A stretch of DNA of 64,000 nucleotides from assembly GCA_964016885.1 (NCBI GenBank), contig OZ024741.1, positions 269,018,001 through 269,082,000 of the forward strand, given 5' to 3'. The stretch is from Eledone cirrhosa. Taxonomy: Eukaryota. This document shows positions 57,901 through 64,000 of the stretch, piece by piece. Under the pieces are notes generated by a model. That model made no database searches. It saw only the letters and a list, made by a program, of their open reading frames with translations, and was not told where the DNA came from. The first letter of the stretch is position 1. The number at the start of each line of letters is the position of its first letter. The translations under genes and the position numbers were made by a program.

Positions 57901-60570
57901 TCTAAGCTGAATATAATCTAAATCTCCCTAAATCTATGCTAAATATAAGCTAAATCTCAGCTAAATCTAAACTAAATCTAAGTTCAATCTCACCTAAATC
58001 TAAGCTAAATATAGGCTAAAACTCACATAAATCTAAGCTGAATGTAACTTAAATCTCACCTCAATCTAAGCTAAATCTAAGCTAAATCTCACCTGAATCT
58101 AAGCTAAATCTCATCTAAATCTAAGCTAAATATAAGCTGAATTTCAGCTAAATCTAAACTAAATGTAAGCTAAATCTCACCTAAATCTAAGCTAAATATA
58201 GACTAAAACTCACATAAATCTAAGCTAAAAGTAACCTAAATCTCACCTCAATCTAAGCTAAATCTAAGCTAAATCTCACCTGAATCTAATCTAAATATAA
58301 GCTAAATCTCACCTAAATGGAAACTAAATCTAAGCTAAATTTCAGCTAAATCTAAGCTAAATATACCCTAAATCTGACCTAAATCTACGCTAAATCTAAG
58401 CTAAATCTCACCTAAATCTGAGCTAAATCTCAGCCAGATCTCACCTAAATTTGATCTAAATATAAGCTAAATCACACCTAAATCTAAACTAAATCTAAGC
58501 TAAATCTCAGCTAAATCTAAGCTAAATATACGCTAAATCTCACCTAAATCTACGCTAAATCTAAGCTAAATCTCACCTAAATCTAAACTAAATCTAAGCT
58601 AAATCTCACCTAAATCTAAGCTAAATATAAGCTAAATCTAACATAAATCTAAGCTAAATGTAAGCTAAATCTCACCTAAATCTAAGTTAAATATAAGCTA
58701 AATCCCATCTATATCTAAGCTAAATCTAAGCTAAACCTCACCTAAATCATAGCTAAATCTAAGCTAAATCTCACCTTAATCTAAGCTAAATCTCAGCTAA
58801 ATCTGAGCTAAATCTCAGCCAAATCTCACCTAAATTTCAGCTAAATATAAGCTAAATCACACCTAAATGTAAACTAAATCTAAGCTAAATCTCACCTAAA
58901 TCTAAACTAAATATAAGCTAAATCTCACCTAAATCTAAGCTAAATCTAAGCTAAATCTCACCTAAATCTAAGCTAAATCTAAGCTAAATCTCACCTAAAT
59001 CTAAACTAAATCTAAGCCAAATCTCAGCTAAATCTAAGCTAAATATACGCTAAATCTCACCTAAATCTACGCTAAATCTAAACTAAATCTCACCTAAATC
59101 TAAACTAAATCTAAGCTAAATCTCACCTAAATTTTATGTAAATATAAGCTAAATCTAACCTAAATCTAAGCTAAATATAAGCTAAATCTCACCTAAATCT
59201 AAGTTAAATATAAGCTAAATCTCATCTATATCTAAGCTAAATCTAAGCTAAATCTCACCTAAATCTAAGCTAAATCTAAGCTAAATCTCACCTAAATCTA
59301 AGCTAAATCTAAGCTAAATCTCACCTAAATCTAAGCTAAATACAAGCAAAATCTCACCTAAATCTAAGTTAAATCTAAGCTAAATCTCACCTTAATCTAG
59401 GCTAAATCTAAGCTAAATCTCACCTAAATCTAAGCTAAATCTCATCTAAATCTAAGCTAAATATAAGCTAAATTTCACATAAATATAAGCTAAATATAAT
59501 CTAAATTACACCTAAATCTAAACTAAATCTAAGCTAAATCTCACTGAAATATAAGCTAAATATAAGATAAATCTCACCTTAATCTAAGCGAAATCTAAGC
59601 TAAATCTCACCTAAATCTAAGCTAAATATAAGCTAAATCTCAGCTAAATCTCACCTAAATCTAAGCTAAATATAATCTAAATCTCAACTAAATCTAAGCT
59701 AAATCTCAGCTAAATCTAAGCTAAATATCAGCTAAATCTCACCTAAATCTATGCTAAATATCAGCTAAATCTCAGCTAAATCTAAACTAAATCTAAGCTA
59801 AATATAGTCTAAAACTCACATAAATCTAAGCTAAATGTCACCTAAATCTCACCTCAATCTAAGCTAAATCTAAGCTAAATCTCACCTAATTATAAGCTCA
59901 ATCTAAGCTAAATCTCACTTAAATCTAAGCTAAATCCCAGCTAAATGTCACCTAAATCTAAGCTAAATTTCACCTAAATCTAAACTACATCTAAGCTAAA
60001 TCTCACCTAAATCTAAGCTAAATCTAAGCTAAATCTCACCTAAATCTAAGCTAAATATAAGCTAAATCTGACCTAAATCTATGCTAAATATAAGCTAAAT
60101 CTAAACTAAATCTCACATAAATCTAAGCTAAATATAGTCTAAAATTCACATAAATCTAAGCTAAATGTAACCTAAATCTCACCTCAATCTAAGCTAAATC
60201 TCACCTAATTATAAGCTAAATCTAAGCTAAATCTCACCTAAATTTAAGCTAAATCTAAGATAAATCTCACCTAAATCTAAGCTAAATATAAGCTAAATCT
60301 CACCTAAATATAAGCTAAATATAAGTTAAATTACACCTAAATCTAAGCTAAATCTAAGCTAAATCATAGCTAAATCTCACCTAAATCTAAGCTAAATCTA
60401 TGCTAAATCTCACCTAAATCTAAGCTAAATATAATGTTTTGAATGTCTGTTTCTTTCTGACCTTTAATTTTTTCTCGATTTTGGCTGTTCGCTTTTCACT
60501 GTACGAGGGTACATTAATTGCTGTTTAGATATATATGTATATTTTTTTTTTTATTATTTTAAACGTTACC

Positions 60571-61353
60571 ATGAACGTGCCACATTTGCCCGCCTTTACT
60601 GGAAAACCTAAGATGTGGTTTTCCCAGTTACAGGCGTATTTTACGGTCTGTAAGACCGAGACTGACCAGCGTCTCGCTGTCCTGATTAGCGGACTTCCCC
60701 CTAATCTAGCAGATTCGGTCCAAGACCTAATTACAGCCCCCCCCCCCCCTCTGACTTATCGTATGAGTCTTTGAAAGGCAAGATTTTAAGGAGGAATTGT
60801 AAGTCGGTAGAGAGTCGTTTTCGGTCATTGATCGAGGACGAACGATTAGGTGACAGGACCCCTACCGCTTTTCTCCTGCATTTGCGGGATTTGAGCGATT
60901 CCCAAGATCAGGATAGCCCTTTCCTGAAGCAATTGTTCTTCTCTCGCCTACCTCAAGAGGTACAGGCGATCCTAGCCCATATGCTAGAGATAAATACCCT
61001 CGATCACATTGCTGTCTCTGCTGACAAAATTGTAGAAGTGACGAAGAGAGACACTTCGAAGCCAAAGTACGTTGCTTCCTCTTCTCTTCCTCAATCACGC
61101 TCATCAGCGTCTGATGAGAAATTAATCACCACAATGGAAGCCATGACTCGTCAAATGGCGGAGTTGTGCCAGGAATTCAGGTCTTTTGGACGGCAGAGGA
61201 GCCACTCACGACGTTATTCAACTCCTCGCCACCGTAGCCCTTCCAACACACCAAAAAACACCATATTGTTATTACCATGACAGATATGGTAAAAAAGCCG
61301 CCCATTGTAGGCCTCCTTGTGCTTACGAGGGAAAAGACGACCAGAGTCACTAA
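60571..61353 (+). pseudogene. gag: Ty3/Gypsy gag (frameshifted)
   Basis: PxF..PxMWFSQLQAYF, LGDRTPTAFL..L, LFFSRLP and CYYHDRYGKKAAHCRPPC; frameshifts at the poly-C (60737-60749) and near the A-run (~61255). Confidence 0.85.
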
Positions 61354-61392
61354 CGGCGGATAGTGCGCTCTGCGAAACAACATCCAACCGCC
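61329..61392 (+). promoter_or_regulatory. -1 programmed ribosomal frameshift signal
   Basis: G GGA AAA heptamer in the gag frame with pol in the -1 frame; 6-nt spacer, then stem CAGAG-T-CACTA/TAGTG-CG-CTCTG; loop GGCGG complementary to CCGCC at 61388-61392. Confidence 0.7.
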
Positions 61393-64000
61393 ACTTTTTC
61401 ATTGAGGACCTGCTGTCAGATAGAGCTTTCCTGGTTGACACAGGTGCAGTTTGTTCAGTATGGCCTGTGTGTTGTATGAAGGAGACTCCCCCTGAGACAC
61501 CTATTGAGTTGCAGGCAGTAAATTGTTCGCCGATTCTAACTTTCGGACAAATCTCGCTACCTTTGCAGTTCCGTAATCTGCGGCGCGAGTTTAAATGGAT
61601 ATTTACTGTCGCTGCCTTGCCGTATCCGATTCTAGGCCATTTTTCATTGACGGTGGACCTCCGTCGTAAACGCCTAATTGATGGCATCACTGGATTAACT
61701 GTTGTTGGCAAGGCAGCAGGAGTTCCAACGGTTAGCCCGACCTTTTTTCTTGCTAACACCGGTGATCCTTAACATGCGTTGTTGAACTCGTTCCCGCAAC
61801 TGACTCGGGGAAATTTTCGAGTTGATGAACCAACTCATACCACGGAGCACTTCATATCTACAACTGGTGCTCCCGTTTTTTCTCGTCCTCGTCGCTTGCC
61901 TCCGGACAAACTCAAAGAAGCACGATCAGAGTTTGATCATATGCTGCAAATGGGGATTATTCGTCCGTCCACGAGCCCGTGAGCGTCCCCATTACATATG
62001 GTACCGAAAGCGAATGGCGATTGGAGACCTACTGGAGATTATCGACGCCTAAATTCGATAACGGTACCGGACCGTTATCCTATCCCTCATCTGCAAGACT
62101 TTGCGTCTTCGTTGCAGGGATGCAAGATATTCTCCAAACTGGATTTAATTCGTGCGTACCATCAAATTCCTGTCCATAAAAATGACATTCCAAAAACGGC
62201 TATAGTTACGCCATTTGGGTCATTCGAGTTTTTGACTATGCCGTTCGGATTAAGGAATGCCGCTAGTACTTTTCAGTGGTTTATGGATGAGGTTACTCGC
62301 GGCCTCGATTTCGTCTATACCTATATTGACGACCTGCTCATTGCTAGTTCTTCTCAAGAGCAACATACGCACCATTTGAATCTTCTTTTCCGCCGATTGA
62401 AGGCGTATAACGTGCAGATTGATGCACCCAAATGTGTTTTTGGTGCTGAGTCACTGACTTTCTTGGGTCACGTCATCGATGCTGATGGTATTCGACCCCG
62501 GCCTGAGAGAGTTAAGGTCATAGAGGATTTGCCTCCACCGACCTCACTACGTCAGTTACGCTAGTTCTTAGGTCTGATTAACTTTTATAGGCGTTTCGTG
62601 CCAAATTGTGCAAAATTGCTTTTCTCCCTGACAGAAATTTTGAAAAATTGTCGGAGGAAGAACAAAGATATTTCTTTGACAGACACTCAACTTGCTGATT
62701 TTCAGCACGCCAAAACTGCTTTGGCTAATGCTTCGTTACTGACTCACCCGGTACCCGGTGCAAAGCTAACGCTTTGTGTTGATGCATCGGATATCGCTGT
62801 GGGCGCAGTACTACAGCAAAACATCAATGGTTACCAGCAACCGCTGGAGTTTTTTTCCAGAAAGCTGAAACCTGCTGACGCGCTACAGCACCTTTGGAAG
62901 AGAGCTTTTAGCCATCTATTTGGCCGTGAAACATTTTTCACATGTGCTAGAGGTAGACAATTTACTATCCTCACTAACCATAAACCATTGACTTTTGCGT
63001 TGAGAGCGAAGGCTGATAAATACTCGCCCAGAGAGACGAGACACCTTGATTTCATCTCGCAATATACGAGTGATATCCAGCACATTCCGGGTTCACTAAA
63101 TACAGCGGCCGATGCTTTGTCCCGCTTACCCGTGACAGCGATCTCGTCACCCTCTGACATAGATCTGACTCGTTTGGCTGCGGATCAGCCTCCCCTCGAG
63201 TCATTGGATGTTACATCGCCTGAGTTTGCGAATTGCGAGATGAAATACTTGCCTCTGTCGACTGCAGTTGGCCAAATCCTCTGCGACGTCTCTTTGGACG
63301 TGCCTAGGCCCTTCGTTCCAGAGAATCATCGTCGGACCGTGTTTCTGGCATTACATAGTATCTCGCATCCAGGATCTTCTTCCACAGCAAAGCTCATATC
63401 AGCTAGATTTTTCTGGCCAAATATGAGGCGTGAAATTGCTGCTTGGTGCCGTTCCTGCGTCGCTTGCCAGAGATCAAAGGTCCATCGACACGTCAAGGCT
63501 CCCCTGGGTACCTTTTCTAACCCAGATGCGCGTTTTTCACATATTCATATTGACATAGTGGGACCTTGGCCCGTCAGCGATGGTTATTCTTATCTGCTGA
63601 CCATAATTGACCGTTTTTCGAGATGGCCTGAAGCCATCCCCTTGAAAAACATCACCGCGGAAACAACAGCACGTGCTCTTGTGTCTGGATGGATCTCTCG
63701 TTATGGAGTTCTATCCACAATAACTACCGACCGTGGACGACAGTTCGAGTCGAGCCTTTTACTCGAGCTGTCAAAATTAATTGGTGCTAAACGCATTAGA
63801 ACTACGGCGTACCATCCCGCTTCGAATGGTATGGTGGAGCGTTTTCACCGACAACTGAAGGCCTCCTTAATGGCCTCAATGGACTCGGCGCATTGGAGCG
63901 AGTACCTCCCTATTGTGCTACTAGGGATTCGGTCAACGGTGAAGGTCGACTTTGGATTTTCACCGGCCGAAGTACTGTACGATGCCCCTCTGACGTTGCC
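61329..64000 (+). pseudogene. pol: Ty3/Gypsy pol (protease-RT-RNase H-integrase), disrupted, runs off the window
   Basis: FLVDTGA protease; [17 protein letters not shown] and YIDDLLIAS (RT); DAS..VGAVLQQ (RNase H); HPG..Cxx[17 protein letters not shown] and [10 protein letters not shown] (integrase); stops at 61770, 61980 and 62562; frameshifts at ~62880 and ~62952. Confidence 0.95.

Larger units (their letters stand above)
33585..60434. repeat. 11-bp tandem satellite array, consensus CTAAATCTAAG
   Basis: Continuous 11-bp periodicity over ~26.8 kb with variants CTCAG, CTGAG, CTCAC and ATAAG. Confidence 0.97.

Noticed and set aside
33585-60434. CRISPR-like array or canonical telomere
   Set aside because: No unique spacers and no tandem TTAGGG/TTAGG runs; it is an 11-bp satellite in eukaryotic DNA
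60862-63160. Minus-strand ORFs over the Gypsy element
   Set aside because: Antisense shadows of gag-pol with no independent motifs

Overview
AT-rich eukaryotic DNA made almost entirely of repeats. The SINE/RTE families resemble those I recall from octopus genomes, so a cephalopod source is an inference. 1-26.6 kb: very long (TA)n-derived microsatellite tracts, which account for all the 'YIYI' ORFs, with embedded islands of tRNA-SINEs, RTE and CR1-like LINE fragments, a complete non-autonomous Helitron, a Tc1/mariner-type MITE and short fold-back elements. Several of these islands contain type I hammerhead ribozyme motifs of the kind associated with Penelope-like elements. 27-33.5 kb: one candidate coding exon, a rearranged Helitron cluster with a head-to-tail CTAG|TC junction, and a decayed CRE-like non-LTR element interrupted by a locally templated inverted insertion. 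33.6-60.4 kb: a ~27 kb array of an 11-bp satellite (CTAAATCTAAG) with two variant domains, higher-order duplications, one SINE insertion and a 200-N gap. 60.4-64 kb: a decayed Ty3/Gypsy gag-pol that lacks a visible 5' LTR but keeps a -1 frameshift signal (slippery heptamer plus pseudoknot). No intact host gene could be identified.
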